IMG/VR virus record: IMGVR_UViG_3300028800_000074
Location: 1 to 64,000 of that record
From: a virus
Strand: one strand, 5' to 3'
Length of the DNA stretch: 64,000 nt
In this document: one piece after another, positions 63,703-64,000 of the stretch
Position numbering within the stretch: the stretch's first letter is position 1
How the letters are laid out: every line of letters begins with the position of its first letter
The notes under the pieces: model-generated
What the model saw: the letters and a program-made list of their open reading frames with translations, nothing else
Told to the model about the DNA's origin: nothing
Database searches by the model: none
Position numbers and translations under genes: made by a program

Positions 63703-63939
63703 ATGGTTTCAAGACTTCTAACCACCGTTCCCGACGTCCCCGACGTCCCCATCGAGATGGTGGCTTTCGACGTCGGCACGGCCGCGTGGCAGATGTATCT
63801 CGCCAAGGCCAGACGCGACAAAGGCATGATCTCGGACAAGGAGATGGCCGTCGTCGAGCGCGTCGCCGGGCCGCTCGCGAAGCGATCCTATTCAATGTTC
63901 AATCCCTTTACCGGCGAGCGCAAGCGGGTGACCGTGTGA
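63703..63939 (+). CDS. hypothetical protein
   Basis: GAGAGAG RBS, 78 aa. Confidence 0.6.
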   Translation: MVSRLLTTVPDVPDVPIEMVAFDVGTAAWQMYLAKARRDKGMISDKEMAVVERVAGPLAKRSYSMFNPFTGERKRVTV

Positions 63940-64000
63940 CCTACACGTTGATCCACAACTCCGACAATTCAATCGACACCGGCTCTGTCATCCTCGATGC
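63936..64000 (+). CDS. start of a further ORF, truncated by window edge
   Basis: GTGA coupling, frame open to the end of the window. Confidence 0.4.
   Translation, partial: MTYTLIHNSDNSIDTGSVILD

Noticed and set aside
1-64000. Prophage boundaries, integrase or alternative genetic code
   Set aside because: No host genes, integrase or att site recognised; core genes are intact under the standard code, so lifestyle cannot be determined from this window

Overview
The whole window is part of a high-GC tailed dsDNA phage genome with a contractile tail. It has a DUF1073 portal, DUF2213 prohead protease, DUF2184 capsid and DUF3383 sheath (Bcep781-like head/tail gene set). The host is probably an alphaproteobacterium, since the phage carries GcrA- and GapR-like genes. 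Layout: end of a leftward block (1-750); HTH regulator, DNA-metabolism and replication block (854-9954) interrupted by a 592-bp non-autonomous IS1-like element with a passenger gene; leftward early block (10168-14462); rightward small genes and a NusG paralogue (14662-17509); late operon from terminase to tail fibres (17696-64000). The most striking observation is a putative capsid-cargo system. The portal, the protease/scaffold and stand-alone ORFs between them are modular polyproteins punctuated by a recurrent [A/G]-x-D motif (also at the N-terminus of the capsid protein) and by a four-copy EPR..G.W tag. The tags precede ParB-like, DUF7178/glycosylase-like and possibly SAM-lyase-like domains. 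Other oddities: tandem paralogous tape-measure genes, one small beta module inserted into 4-5 different virion proteins, two signal-peptide glycan enzymes inside the morphogenesis operon, a three-copy operator-like palindrome, and a duplicated RNA hairpin with covarying stems. All family assignments are from motif recognition and synteny by eye; no database searches were run. No integrase, tRNA, rRNA or CRISPR array was recognised.
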